In this document: positions 11,291 through 26,482 of the stretch, piece by piece
How positions within the stretch are numbered: the first letter of the stretch is position 1
Layout of the letters: each line of letters opens with the position of its first letter
Source: Tubulanus polymorphus
Lineage: Eukaryota; Animalia; Nemertea
Length of the DNA: 64,000 nt
NCBI RefSeq assembly: GCF_964204645.1
Contig: NW_027437450.1
Location: 42,001-106,000 of the forward strand
Direction of reading: 5' to 3'
Made by a program: the position numbers and the translations under genes
Notes under the pieces: generated by a model
The model's input: the letters and a program-made list of their open reading frames with translations, nothing else
What the model was told of the DNA's origin: nothing
Database searches by the model: none

Positions 11291-13128
11291 GTAAGTAATG
11301 TATTCGGGGGGAAAAGTTTGCAGACAATTGTTCAAGCGAATGATTTGGTTGGATTCGTTTCTTTCGGTGACTTCGTGTTTCCAATGAAGACCACAACAAT
11401 ATTCCAACACGATAACCGTTTTTGCGCATATTAGGGCTTTTCTAGAACCTGGGCACTGTTTTGGGTTCGTCACAAAGAACAATTGTGAATGAGTTAGGGA
11501 GCATCTCAGCATTTCGATCGTTTTTTCAAGTACTCGTCAAAGGGGACGGGGGAGGGGGTTAAGGCCAACCCCGGTATGATCACGACTACCGATCGTAACT
11601 ATGGGATTCGAACATTAACATTCGAACATCAAAAAAGACGTTTGTTTGAGAAAACATGCACCCGTTACGGGAAATTTGTTCATAAAATCTCTTAGAGTTT
11701 AGGTTTTGACAATTTTTTTTCCATAATTTTTCTATTCAATTTTCAATAAAAGTTGTGATCAAAATACATTCCTGACAACTTATCAGTGTCTAATCAATGG
11801 GTCGGTCGAGGGGTAAAACAAAAGTAATAAATTATTTTAATTGACACAACTATTGAAATTTTGAGACGCTGCCTTGTCGATTGGTTCGCGCGCGATGGAC
11901 GGGGTCACTGGAGACTGGGATTGGCTACGAATTTCGTGACTCTGATATTCACGGATCCAGCCCTTTTGTGTGCGAAAATTGTATTTAATTACTGGGTCGA
12001 TCGGTGACGTCTAATTCATTAACTGTTATAAGGGTAAATATCATTATGGAGAAAAGTGGGGCCGTATTAAGGAAGTACCGAGCTTCTTTTTTTGGGGGGG
12101 GGGGGGGGTGGTGGGGTTCAGTTTCAAAAAGTGTGGTTTTTCACCACGAATAAATGTCACTTTCCTATTGAAGAACCAAGGAGAGGTCTTTGATATGATT
12201 TTTTGGGTACTCGAATAAATCATTTGACAATGGATTGATTTTCATTTTCCAAAATAAAACATGAAAATTGTATCCACTCGACGAAAAAGATCTTGACCCG
12301 AATTTTTTTACACTGACTTTTTGAAGGGGACTTTTGAAGGGGAATTTTAGGGGGGTCGTTCGCTACCCCTGTACCCCTCGGTACGGGCCCGATACACGAA
12401 ACACCCGTGTTACGAGTACTTCGGGAAAACGGTATTTTCTATACGTGTGAACCATCCTCGTTTGCCAGGGTTTGATTGCCTACCGGCTAATGGATCATTC
12501 TCTATGGCTTAAGCCAATGATATGCGTTGGTTTTCAACGGTAGATTCGGTACGCATCCATAATTGGCTAGTATATGGACTGGTGGCCGCTAAGCGGCAAC
12601 CTGTCCGTCCAAGAAACTTGGGCAATCTAATAAGCAATGCGTGTGAACTACGTGCAGGCGATAGGCTTAGCGGGCGCTTCGAGTGTTTCTGGCTAGCAAG
12701 AGCGCACTTTTAATGACAATAACGGTTAATGCATATCCCAGTTACATTTTGGTTATTAATAAATGCCAAAACATTGGTACCTGCAGCGAGTGAGGTTGAC
12801 ATCTACTTCGCCCATTTCACTTTTTTTATGTGACAATCGATTGATTGATCCGACCGACGAATTTCAGTGGTTTAAGACATCGGAAAACTTATGAAATATC
12901 CAAACGTCTTATTTTACAATATTTCGTACTATAATTCGTGAACAAAACATTATTATCCTTGTAAAATATCGAAATCACCTTTGCGGCCGGTCACATGCGT
13001 ATTCATCATAAGAATCGGTCCTTAAACAGGGTGAATGCAGGTTGCCGTAGAATTCGCCAGGTATTTTCTTTATGATTCATATAGGTGTCATTTGATTCAC
13101 TAGAAAGTTACTGAACGCTATCACCACG

Positions 13129-14040
13129 ATGAAGACGATCATTGCATTATTATGTAAGAATCCGTTATAATATTGTAATTCCATGAGTAACTCACGACTT
13201 TTGCACGATATACAATGGATGGATTTTCCCTAATTTTATGTATGTTTTTCAAGTCGTAGCGGTTGTTGGTGTCGCATTTGCGCGTTACACGGCCGAACAG
13301 TACCAAACAATGTGTAGTCAACATTGCGATGGAGAATCGGGAATGGCGGACCCGACTGAGAGAGCAAGGCTTTTACCAATTTGTAAAAGGTAAGTTAAAT
13401 TTTCTAGTCATCAGTAAAATATTCTTGCCGTATAAACGCTCAGCGTGTTCATCCTACGAGAACAACATACCCTCGCTTGCCAGGGTTTGGTTGCCGCCCG
13501 CTGAATTTCAAGCAAACCTTTCATTCGTCGATTCGGGCATGGTTTGTGTTGGTATGAGATTCGGCGGGCGGCAACCAAACCCTGGCAAGCGAGGGTATGT
13601 TGTGTATAGATCCACTAGCAAAATAATGTCCAGATATCGTTTGGAATCTCGTCCAGGTTCACAAAATTACGTCACTGAAAAACAATTGTTTGTGCCTAGT
13701 TCTGCCGCTAGGTGGCGAATGGGGCCATTCAAGTTTCATCGAGATCCACACACCATAAACGAAGCTAAGCATCCGAAGGACAGACACAGACGACGAACGA
13801 TACCGAGAACCAATAACGCGTCTTTTGATATCTAGCTCTAGCTTAAACCTATATTTGGGGGGAGGGACACAAGCTGTAGAGGATGTTTGAATGATAGAGA
13901 TAACTAATCTTTGCATTTTCATTTTCAGACGTTGTGAGATTACCGCAATGTGTTTAAGATCAAAGTGCGGCGGATCGATTCAATCTGTGGAGAATATGTG
14001 TTTTGTGAACTGCCAGCGTGCTGCTGCGCAAGCTTGTTAA
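13129..14040 (+). CDS. Secreted 9-Cys peptide, subfamily C copy 1 (C1), 90 aa
   Basis: Exons 13129-13153, 13254-13389 and 13929-14040. Protein: MKTIIALLFVAVVGVAFA-RYTAEQYQTMCSQHCDGESGMADPTERARLLPICKRRCEITAMCLRSKCGGSIQSVENMCFVNCQRAAAQAC*. AATAAA at 14052. Confidence 0.88.
13462..13603. mobile_element. Short foldback/MITE in the last intron of C1
   Basis: ~40 bp inverted arms acaacataccctcgcttgccagggtttggttgccgcccgc. Only the right arm remains in C2 and C3. Related ends at ~3526, 12454, 19213, 34507, 40458 and 46356. Confidence 0.7.
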
Positions 14041-15092
14041 ATGGCTTCGTGAATAAACGTATTCTGCAAATCTAACACAATTGACAGCCTGTTTCTCGTA
14101 TATTTTGACTAGGGATGAATTTATGTTTTGTACTCCAACAGTAATTCGGAATGTTAGGAATGAATTGTTTCATCTGCCCGAAGTTGAGGGCTCCGCTGGG
14201 TCCGCATGGTTGGATTTTCTTTCACCAATATCAAACACGCTGATATACTTACCTTTAACTCCGGGTTAAAAGGTAAAAAACAAAACATAACAACATAACC
14301 TTGTACTTACGTTTTAAGTTTGACAATTGCATACGATCAATGATAGGTTTACCTATACCTAAAGGAATTCTCAACTCAACAGTTGTTATTTTGTGTAGTT
14401 GTTATTAGTGGAAAAGTGTTTCTTTTTTTACAAACTGATAGAATATGGTTCTTGGTCGCTCCAAACAATTTTCAGCTTCATTCCAAAGTATCGTACTGGT
14501 TTACTGATTTACAAGTGCGACTGAGCCAGAATTGTTCGCAATGAAGATACTCTAATTTACACTTGTCGCTGATTTGACTAGGATGACACAACTTCACGCC
14601 AGACATGACACAAAAATAACATTGTTAAAATACTCAAAGGGTTTTTCTAAATATTTTTGGCATGCTTCCGGAAAGAAATCCCCCGGAAATCCGATCCCCG
14701 ACCAGAAATATTCCCGAAATAAATCCGACGGAAATTTCCGGCACGATTCCGGAGAATCTTCTGTAAGTTACTGACTTTCTGTTCTGCGTAATTTCTGGAC
14801 ATGAATGACACGAAGAAACCGAGCCTTTACTTGGGAATTGGTCTGAAATGCTCGACGGTCTGACAACGTCAATATTGTACGCCCCCTGGTGAACAGGTAT
14901 GTAATCAATGAGCTAAACTCGCCAGAAACATATTGCTTTGAGATGGAATATGCTTATAGAATACGCATTTTTTTCCAAAATCAGAAACACATTTCGAAAT
15001 CTACCTTCGTAATCAAACCAACACCAAAATACGGAAACTTCCCTATTGGGAAAAAGAAATATCGGACGCATTTAAATTGCCCTGCGTGATGG

Positions 15093-15627
15093 TTATTTAA
15101 CTGGATTTCTACAGCGGATTTTCATACAGAAATATTCACGAATTTCTCGTCCCAGTAAAAGATATATGTAGAAATTGACCGCGAAGTTGCCGACTAAAAA
15201 CTGCATGAATATGTCGTGTAGGAAATCTCTCTGTTTCGGCGAAATTTGTAACAGCGAAATAACTGCTGATGGAAGTAACAATATCGCAAACGCGAGCGAA
15301 ACTGTTATCAGCATTATTGTCGTACGTTTTGATATTGTAGTTTCCTGATCGGACGAAACCATTTTTGAACCTCTGAATAACTGAACTGTTGTAACCGAAA
15401 TTGATGTTAGAATGAAAGATAACGGTACGATATGAATGTGAACGACAGTTACAGTGAAAACGATCATTTATTAGTTGAGTTCGTAGATCCGATGAACCTG
15501 TCGGAAACGTACATCGACAAAATAGGCGTGAGGTATAGGGCCATCAGTATATTCACTGCAATAATTACGAATATAATAAATCTAGCGAATCTAAGGTGTA
15601 AATATCAAACGAGATGTGAACGGCAAG
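15093..15627 (-). pseudogene. 5'-truncated GPCR pseudogene (TM4-TM7 only)
   Basis: Near-identical to the 3' half of the 318 aa GPCR. Similarity stops at gatgtgaacggcaaga (~15627), and in-frame TAA TAA precedes the residual ORF. Confidence 0.88.
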
Positions 15628-18600
15628 ATATGATCTCTTCCCAAAATATACCCCTCACGAATTCCATTGAATAATAGTTAACCATTCAAGCTGCAGGTCC
15701 AAAAATGACGCATTTCGGTCTCAGAATGGTCATTATCCGATTTTTCTTATGATACTATGGGTCTTTAGGCGATACATATAATAATAATACTATTAATAGT
15801 AATAATAATTTATTCAGCATAAAATCCATTTTAAATATGCTCATTGGCTTTACATCATATATAAAAAGAGAACATAGAAACAGAGAAAACTAAAACGAAT
15901 TTAGTTAAAAAGCTTTCGATGAACAAATGGGTTTTGAATTAAGATTTAACATCGATTGAAGGACTAGATTCAATTGGCCTTGATGGCCGTTTACAGAGAC
16001 ATTGTAGCAATCACAACTGAAAAAAATACCGATATACAACTTAAGTTAAAACTATGGCCATTTATAGAATTATGTTACTAATTAGTAGTCATTGCGGAGC
16101 GTTTGGTTTTGGAACAATAATGAGGGGTGGTATAGGTAAGTCATGATTTACCACATGTTACTTCCGTGTTGATGAAAATCTCGCGAGAATGGCGAAACAT
16201 TGAAACCTGGCTTATCATACATATTTCTTGTACATATTCACAATTTATCCGCTATAAAGGCTCGATAAACAATTGCATGTTTACGATCAGTATGATTAGC
16301 GCTGGCGGCGATGGTTGTCCGAAACGCGATTTCACGAGAGAGTTACCGCCATCTTGTTTGCACTGCGCATGCTCCTCCCCATTCTGTTTGTAAACACAGT
16401 CCACACATGAGCACTACACTCGCTGCGTGAGCGTATCACTCTCAAAACAAAACAAATAGCACCAGAACCCGCCAACCTGGGAACCTTTTCTACGATTTTA
16501 CATCTACACGATTAAATCTATTTCTGACAGCGTTTTTGCATTTCTTATTCGTTTATCTAGTGTTTCAACATCAGCATACCGGACGACCTCCAGGTTAAGA
16601 TGGATCTTTGAACAAATGAACAATTTTGAAATAGTGATTTTTTCCCACGTATGTTATTCATTTATTTCAACTCAAAAACCTTTGTAGAATTTAATTAAAG
16701 AAATAGTCGTAAATCCTTCGAATGATCGCACGTGCGATCGCGGCCGCCCCGCTCGTGCTTGAAATGGAAAATTAGTATCTCGCACGATGATGAGTGATCG
16801 AAAATAAAAGATGAAATCTAAATCATTCGATGCTTTCAGAGAAATGCATTGGAAAATGTGGTTTGGAAATAAACTGAATGTGTTATTACCTCATTTCACA
16901 TGTTGCCTCCCTCCTGGACGTATTAACTACGCTAAACTATGATCGTTGTGACCTTTGTGCTGGCCACAAATGCACACACATCACACTACACTACCCATTC
17001 GACACCCAACTACCCACAGCTTTGATATAACCATCCTATTATCTAGTGTGTTTCTCCCTGAGCTCAATTGAACTAGGTATAACAGAGTACTGAGGCAGAG
17101 TACACATCTACATATGAACCATTGAGGAAACTTGATCGTTGCAACTTCGAAATTTCCCTTGAAAACTTATAAATGTATGAAAAGTCCAGATTTCTGGGAG
17201 CAACGTGGCCAACAGAAATGCATCGTCAAGTTCGCGTCGATTTAACGTGACATTTAACATACTATATTCGAAGAATGTATTGATTCGTGTTATCGCATTT
17301 ATGATATCATATTACGGCTATTATTTCGTTGACAATTTAAGGAAATTTATCGCAGATCAACTGTATCAACTGGTCCTATATATAAACTGAATATCAAGAC
17401 AATCCACCAAAGCGTCTACAAAACTTCCCAAATTGACTGGATTCCGTCTACAGATGAACGAACAGTAACGAAAAGTGAACGCAATTTCCCGCTTGGACTT
17501 AAGTCCCTAATGGACTAAAAAGCGATGTATTTAATTTTGAACTCCTTCCACCCTCTTCGCTCGCATCTCCCCTTTAAACAACATAAAGATCGCCAAAAAC
17601 ACACGAATGAAGATTAGTCGAATGTTGAAAGAAGGTATGACGATAGGGATTTCAATTTTGTAACATATTTCTATAGAACATTGATTTCAACATCAAAATC
17701 GTTGACGTTGCACAATATGAAATAGCATATTATATTCTTGCACCGATTTTCGATATTTCATCACCTGCTCTGCTTGGGATTCGAATTCTCGGAATTAACA
17801 ATGGTAAAAACTCTCGGAAGCTATATTTGATTACCGGGTCTCGGTCGACTAGGTCTTTGATGAAATAACGTTATTATATTTGCACCCAAACAGTCTGTTA
17901 AAATACGCAACGTTATTTACAGACGGTTTATTTTGTATATAACCACAAGCATCAGAGGCGCAGACGACATCGAACACACAGCGACGTGAACAGTCATCAA
18001 ACCGTAAGTAATGTATTCGGGAGAAAAAGTTTGCAGAGAATTGTTCAAGCGAATGATTTTGTTTGATTCATTTCTTTCGGGGATTTCGTGTGTCCAATGA
18101 AGACCACAACAATATTCCAAGATCATAACCGTTCTTTTTGCACATATTAAAGCTTTTCTAGAATCTGGGCACTGTTGGGCTCGTCACAAAAATAATTGTG
18201 AATGATTTAGAGAGCATTTCAACATTTCGATAGTTCTTTTTTAAATTAGAATAACTCGCGGAGGGGGTTAGGATCGGGGGGGGGGGGGGGTGGGGTTAAG
18301 GTTTACCGCGTTATGATCACGACTACCGAATATCGATCATTACTATATGTTTTGAGTATTAATCAAAAAGCTGCTTGTTCGGAAAAACATGCACTCTTTG
18401 TAAGCTCTTTGTTCACTTTGTAAAACATGCACTCATTACGAGAAATTTGTAGAGGCGTTTTTGTTTATTAAGTCTGATGAGTTTAAAAGCTTTTAACAGA
18501 TTTCTTTCATGATTTTTCAATTAATAGTTGTGATCAAGATACATTCGTCAGAGCTTCTCTTTGAATGTGGTCTTGGGCATGTGTCCGATCAAAGTGGGTT

Positions 18601-19807
18601 GGGGGTAAAAATAATAAGACAGTTATTCTAATTGATACGTCAAATATTGAAATCTTGAGAGACTGCCATAGTCGATTGGGTTGGTGCGCGAGCTTAGACG
18701 GGGGGGGGGGGGGGTCACTGGAGACTGGGATTGGCTACGAATGTCGTGGTTGTGATATTCACGGAGCCTCCCCTGTTGCGTGAAATCATCGATATGTGGT
18801 CGGTGAGATCGAATTCAGTAACTGATTTGGGAAAATACCATTATGTAGAAAAAGAAGGACCGTTTTGAGGCCGCGCCGAGCTTTATTGAGGGGGAGTTCT
18901 ATTTCAAGAAAAAAGGCACTTTTTCACCAGGAAAAATAACACTTTCCTTAATACCATAAGCGGGGATCTTGAAACGATTTTCTGAGTACGAATAAATCAT
19001 TTGTGAATGGATTCTTTTCATTTTTTTTTTTCATTTTCCAAAATAAAACGAAAATTGTAAACACATTTTGACGAAAAAGATCTTGACCCGAATTTTTTTT
19101 CACACTGACTTTTGAAGGGCACTATGAAAATTTTAGGGTTCGTTCACTACCACTGAACACCCTCGATACACGGGAAACACCCTTAACACGGTCTCTTCTC
19201 TACGTCTGAACCATCCTCGCTTGCCAGGGTTTGATTGCCTCACGGCTAAGGGGCCACCAGTATTGAATTAACCCAATGATATGCGATGGTTTTCACCGGC
19301 AGATTCCCTACGCATCCCTGATTGGGTACATAGACTGGTGGCCGCTTAGCGGTTCGACGGTTCCTGGCTGGCAAGAGCGCACTTTTAATAACAATAACGA
19401 TTTCACGCGGGGACAATACATATCTCAATTATCTGTCGGTTATTGATAAATGCCAAAACACCGAAGTGGTACCTGCAGCGAGTGAGGGTGACATCTGACG
19501 CCCATTTTATTTTTTTCATATGATAGATTATTCAATGATTCGACTGGCGTGTTTCAGTGGATTTAAGCATCGGAAAACGAATGAAATATCCAAACGTTTG
19601 ATTTTACAATATTTTGTATTTAAGAACATCATTATCATTATTAAGTATCTTAATCGCCTTTGCGGCCGATCACATGTGCGTTCATCATAGGAATCGGGCC
19701 TTAAACAGGGTGAATATAGGTTGCCGTAGAATTCGCCAGTTAATTTCTTAATGATTCATATAGGTATCATTTGATTTAGTGAAAAGTTACTGAACGCTAT
19801 CACCACG

Positions 19808-20656
19808 ATGAAGTCGATCATTGCGTTATTATGTAAGTAATTCGTTATAATACTGTAATTCCATGAGTAACTCACGACTTTTTCACGATATACAATGGAG
19901 GGATTTTCCCTAATTTAATGTATGTTTTTCAAGTCGTAGCGGTTGTTGGTGTCGCATTTGCGCGTTACACGGTCGAACAGTACCAGACAATGTGTAGTCA
20001 ACATTGCGATCAACAATCGGGAAGGGTCACCGACCTGACTGAGAGAGCAAAGCTTTTACAAACTTGTAAAAGGTAAGTTAAATTTTCTAGTGATCAGTAG
20101 AATATTCTTGCCGTATAATCACTCAGCGTGTTCATCCTACGTGCGCGGGCGGCAACCAAACCCCGGCAAGCGAGGGTATGTTGTACCTAGAGGTACGTAT
20201 AGATCCAATAGCTAAATGATGTCCAGATATCGTTTTGAATCTCGTCCAGGTTCAGTAGGTCATTTTCACAAAATCACGTCACTGAAAAAAAAATTGTAAG
20301 TGCTTAGTTCTGCCGCTAGGTGGCGAATTGGGGCCATTCAAGTTTCATCGAGATCCACACACCATAAACGAAGCTAAGCATCCGAAGGACAGACAGACGG
20401 ACGAACGATACCGAGAACCAATAACGCGTCTTTTGATATCTAGCTCTAGCTTAAACCTATATTTGGGGGAGGGACACAAGTTGTAGAGGATGTTTGAATG
20501 AAAGAGATAACTAATCTTTGCATTTTCATTTTCAGCCATTGTGAGATTACCGCAATGTGTTTAAGATCAAAATGCGGCGGATCGATTCAATCTGCAGAGG
20601 ATGTGTGTTTTGTGAACTGCCAGCGTGCTGCTGCGCAAGCTTGCATGACTTCGTAA
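19808..20656 (+). CDS. Secreted 9-Cys peptide, subfamily C copy 2 (C2), 94 aa
   Basis: Exons 19808-19832, 19934-20072 and 20536-20656. Protein: MKSIIALLFVAVVGVAFA-RYTVEQYQTMCSQHCDQQSGRVTDLTERAKLLQTCKSHCEITAMCLRSKCGGSIQSAEDVCFVNCQRAAAQACMTS*. Confidence 0.88.
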
Positions 20657-22238
20657 ATAAACGTATTCTGCAAATCTATCACAATTGACAGCCTGTTTCT
20701 CGTATATTTTGACTAGGGATGAATTTATGTTTTGAAATCCTCCAACAGTAGTTTGGAATGTTAGGAGTGAGATGTTTCATCTGCCCGAAGCAGCCGAGGG
20801 CTCTGCTTCGTTGGCTGCCGGGTTGCTCCATATCGATAGAAAAATTGGATCGGTTGTCATTTTAACAAAAATCGACTGCTCGGCTGTTTTGCATTCTCGT
20901 GTTTAACATTTTCCAGGCGCCATGTTTTTTTTGCTACCCGCTGGGTCCGAATGGTTGGATTTTCTTTCATATACCAATATCAAACACGCCGATATTCTTA
21001 CCTTTAACTCCGGTTTAAAAGGTAAAAAACAACAACAACATAACCTTGTACTTACGTTAAAGTTTGACAATTGCATGCGATCAATAATAGTTTTACCTGT
21101 ACCTAAAGAAATTCTCAACTCAACAGTTGTTATTTTCACGATTAGTGTAAAAATATTTTTTTTACAAACTGATAGAATAAGGTTCCTGATCACTCCAGAC
21201 AATTTTCAACTACATTCCAAAGTTATCGTACTGGTTTACTGATTTACAAGTGCGACTGAGCCAGAATTGTTCGCAATAAAGATACTCTAATTTACACTTG
21301 CTGTGGATTCGACTAGGATGACACAACTTCACGCGAGACATGACACAAAAAAACATTGTTAAAAAAAGCTCAAAACGTTTTTCAGAATGTTTTTCGGCGT
21401 GCTTTTGATTAAGAATATCTATTGCATTTTGCAAAACGACCCGGCCGCTTAGGAGAAACAATGTATCATTTTCTAAGCCTAATGGTACGACTATGCTGGA
21501 GATATGCGAAATTGAAAGTATTTCGCTATTCCTCATAAAGAATGTCGGTCTTCGAGATGAGTTGAATGTTATGAGGAGAGGATGACGATAGGGATTTCAA
21601 TTTTGTAATATGTACGGTTTGATAAGATATTGATTTCAATATTTCATTCGGTTTTGTTTTTTAGAATATGAAATTAAGTATATTTTCCGATGAAGTTTCA
21701 TTTTCGCCACCTGCCCTGCTGATGATTCATATTTCCGTACTTTCTTTTGAAAGTGGTATTTGATTACCAGATCGGTGGGTACGTTCTCCGGAGAGAGTAT
21801 ATTATTGATTTACACTCTAGCAGTCATCAGAGGCGCAGACGACAGCGAACATACAGAACTTTGTACGTCCAGTAAAGTCTGTGGTTTAGCTACACGATCA
21901 GGTATTTTCACAAACACAAGACCGTCAGATTATAAAAGCTTACCACCAACGATTGGGTAACTATCTAATGTTTTCGGAGGTTGAGGCTAGAAATATTTTC
22001 AAAAGCTATGTGCGGTACTTTTGTCTGAAATCATCGAAAACTATATTTGAATTACTTGTATGGCCGCGATGAGGACTGATGCAGCAACCGACGCGGTCAC
22101 ATGACGTCACGTGTTTATTCTAAAAATAAGGCTTAAAATACGCTGATTGTAGGTTTTCATAGAAATTAGCAGTTTACTTCTTTATGATTTGTCGTTTGGT
22201 GTCACTGCAGATTTAACATATCGAACGCTATCGCCACG

Positions 22239-23322
22239 ATGAAGTCGGTCATTGCATTTTTGTGTAAGTATTTTTTATTATAGAAATACTGCGATTGCGT
22301 GAGTAATTCTCGACTAACCCCTATTTTGTGATAACTTGTGGTTGGATTTTTTTCAAGTTGTAGCAGTTCTCGGCGTCACGTTCGCGAGTTACACGGCCGA
22401 ATATTACCTGAAAACGTGTAAACATCATTGCATCACTGAATCAAATAAAATTTCTAATCACAGATGGAGGAATGTGCTGTTACGACAGTGTGAAGGGTAC
22501 GTTAAGTTTTCTAGTCGGCATTTAGTAAAATATCTCAGACGTGATCGGGTGTACACCGCTTTAATCGCTAATTCCTTATGAGGCAAGCCATAGGCAACAA
22601 CGGTTACCGGGCCTAGACTCGAACCCCGAAATTCCCATGCGTTAGTTCCCGTAGTATATTTGTATTTTGTATAACTATTTTTGAGATGGCGTTTTGAATT
22701 TCGATCCGTCTGCAATGTCGGTCGCTGAAAAATAAAGTTTTAAATGCCTTTTACTGCTGCTAGGTGGCGCGCTGGGTCCATTCAAGGGTAAATACATCAA
22801 ATTAAGTCTAGATGTATATTAATTGTAAATAAGTATTTTAAATAGTATATTATGTACATAAGTGTGAGCCCAGTTTCTTAAGTTTCAAAGGCTTTAATGA
22901 CCGTTTACATAATTAATTGCAAATACTGTTTTTGTCCTCCATGGAAATGGTTGGAGTGTAATAAATATTCGTAGTATCATCAGCATCGACCTCACTATTA
23001 ACGAATCTAAAGCAACTGAAAGACAGACAGGACGGACGGACAGTACATACAATAAGGGTCTCAATGAAGCCCGAAAACTATTAACGCATCTATCGATATC
23101 TAGTTCTAAATTCTGGCTTTATATAACGTAATTTGCGCAAAAATAATTTGTCTATAGATTTAGATGATGTTGAATGAGATTTCTAATCACTGAATTTATA
23201 TTTTCAGCGAGTGTAAGACCATCGCTCATTGTGTTATGTTGATCTGTCCGGTAGTGATGCAGACCCAATCTGAAATGGATAAATGTATGAGGGATTGTCT
23301 GCGTATTTTTTCGCCATTTTGA
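22239..23322 (+). CDS. Secreted 8-Cys peptide, subfamily A copy 2 (A2), 92 aa
   Basis: Exons 22239-22263, 22358-22496 and 23208-23322. Differs from A1 at two residues (ISNHRW, KCMRDC). Confidence 0.88.
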
Positions 23323-25871
23323 ATTTGCACCGACGTTCAATAAATAATGGCTTCGTGAATAAATGTTTTCTGAAAATCGAAGACAATTGACAACCTTTTT
23401 CTCGTGTATTTTATACTAAGATGACACAACTTCAAGCGAGACAGGAAATATGACACAACTAACATTATTTAAAAGCTCAAAAGGTTTTTTTCTTAAAAAT
23501 GAAACTAGGGTCTGAAGTCTTGGGAATCGGTCTGAAATGCTGTATAGTCTGACAACGTCAATATTGTTCGCCACCTGGACAACAACGACGAACAAAACCG
23601 AAAATTTTCCCCAGACCCCCTTCTATTCCTAAAAACGAACTCCCCCCCTAAACAATCCTGGGGACGCCCATGGTGATACCACCTAGTACAAACGAATGTA
23701 CCATTTCAACTTTTTGAGCTGTTAACTTGACCATGGGTTCATACATAGTTTGGCTGGAGAATGCTTTGGTTTATACAAATCCAATGAATCTAATTAGGAC
23801 GAACGTTGACAATTTAGCGACTTCTCGTACTAACTAACATATGACGCAAAACTACACTACATTAGAATAGATTATCATTCTAGTTAACTCGGACTAACTT
23901 TAGTGCAATTAGCCCCTAGAATGTAATGATATTCGTTTTAGTGCCGGGCAACTGTAGTGCAAGGGCTTCTCGGCAAATTGCAACAACCGAAGATTCTATG
24001 ACAAGTAACGATCTGCATCAAGCGGTTTGGTCCTCGTTGCTACGGAATTTCTAATGCCTTACTTGAATGCTCCCTTAAGTGAAAAAGAATAACTAGCTAC
24101 CGTACACGTCTTTATTTTATATGTACAATCATTTATTCATAAAAACATCGTAGATGTTATCGTACGTTTCATTTATTGTCAATCATCTTCCTCTCCCACC
24201 ACCATAGTATCATCAACTTCATCTTCATCATCAAAATCACTGCTGTCATCGTCAAATATATCTAAATGATCTTCTTCAGCCGTATTCATCTTAAAAACAG
24301 CTAAACACTCTCGAGGAAAATCAGTTTTCTTATTCTGAATCGCATTGCCTGAAAATAAGAATTAGAACAATTTTTTTGACGTTACCATTTAAGATCTCTT
24401 ACATAAGGCAAAGAAGGAACATTTTTGATAGACCATCTCTCTGAAACTTTGATAAGGGGTCCAGGGGCACCATGCCCACTTGGTAAAATGCTTGACATTG
24501 AGACAATTTAGATATCGATGCTCCCCCTGGTGAACAAATATAGAAATACCAAGTTTTTCCGCTATTCAATGCCCCCTGATGTCAAGATACAGAATCTAAT
24601 AAGCTTGACATTCAATACAATCATAAACTCGAGGTCCAGGGACATCATGCATTCTTGGGAGGTGGTTTGAAATGTTCAATACGTATCTAACAGATTCAAT
24701 ATTCAACGCCCCCTGGTAAGCATATACAAAAAACCAATGACCTTTAAACTTGCCACAATCATAGAACATGCTATGAACTATAATTTTGCAAATGGTTATG
24801 GTTACAAACCATACCCATGTAGGCCTACCGATAAAATATAGAAATATCAAGTTATTCAACAATATTCAATGCCCCCTGAGCCCGGTAACCATGAAACCCG
24901 ATGAATTGAAACTCAAAACAATCATAGAACATGTCATGAAGTACAACTTTGCAATGGATTGTGGTTACAGAATATGCATCGGTACCGATATCAATCAGGA
25001 AAATTGTATGATTTTATATTCAGTTCCCCTGGTGGTGAGAGGTATTAATGAAACCCCATTTCCACGGGAGGGGATAAATCCTATGAAGTGCTTAGAATTA
25101 TCAAATACCAAGACTTTAACTTAACCTGTTGATATTTTCCTCAAAAAACATTTTCCATCTACGAATAAGGACTTAGATGACACTAAGATTGCGTGACAGT
25201 TGACTGATCGAAAAATGTCTGGTAGATCCCTTCCCATAGTAGGCCTACACCCATCACAAATTCCTATGGTTGCAAGTTCCAATTGGGCTTAAGAGGCCTT
25301 GCTTGATAGGGTTATATATTCAAAAGCCCACGAATAGCCTCAAATTAAAAAAAAAGTCAGCAGGGCCTCTACTACTTCTATCCGCATTAATAGTTCTACC
25401 TAAAAAAATGCTATATTTAGCTAGGTAGGGCAGAGCCTGTATCAAACCGAACGAACATAAATTTCCACTGGCCTATCAGCACCTTAAGAAGGTGCCATAA
25501 GGCTATAGCTAGGGTAGCTAGGCTATGAAAAAAAAACAGGTGCCGGTGGTGGTGGGGAATCGATCCTTTCAGCTTTTACAGGTCTACACTACAGCCCTAT
25601 TTTCACAACATCAATTTTTCTAGACCGTGACATTTTTCCGTATCTTCTCTTTATTCAGTGAGGTGTCAAAGCCTGCATCACTTTGGTTTCTTTAGTCAAA
25701 AATAGGCCTAAAAATATTAAATACGCATCTTTCTCCATGATTTGAGTGTACAACGCGCCATATGACCTTGAGAAATCAACACCAGTACCGTACGCGATAC
25801 ACTTGCCACAGCTGGATCGCTACCGTAAAATAGAGAACGGTTCGTTGAATGTTGCGTTCGTTCTATCATAG

Positions 25872-26265
<394 letters not shown>

Positions 26266-26482
26266 AGCATTCATATGCTATTGGATGGTCGTCCAGGTCG
26301 TGAGTACCGGTATATAACTTTCTACTGGTGGTGAAAAATATTGCAGCTTTCGTTTAAAGTGGAAGTTTTGGGTCACGCCGTGTATTTGTTAAGCTCTCTG
26401 TCTGTATAACAGTGGCTGCAGCGGCGGCTCACCTGACTATATTTCACATGCAGACAGGATACCACGCTGGAGACCAGTCGAC

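Larger units (their letters stand above)
15093..23586 (+). repeat. Segmental duplication block (truncated GPCR, C, A), homologous to ~31944-39545
   Basis: Shared GPCR truncation junction followed by colinear flanks, a C gene and an A gene. 10890-14640 is a further, more diverged C unit. Confidence 0.88.

Noticed and set aside
13263-13835. 190 aa ORF overlapping C1
   Set aside because: It is in the wrong frame relative to the conserved peptide exon, runs through an intron and MITE, and is broken in C2 and C3.
16160-16195. Inverted match to ~28361-28395 as TIRs of a 12 kb element
   Set aside because: The match is short and imperfect with no TSD; more simply two fragments of a dispersed repeat.
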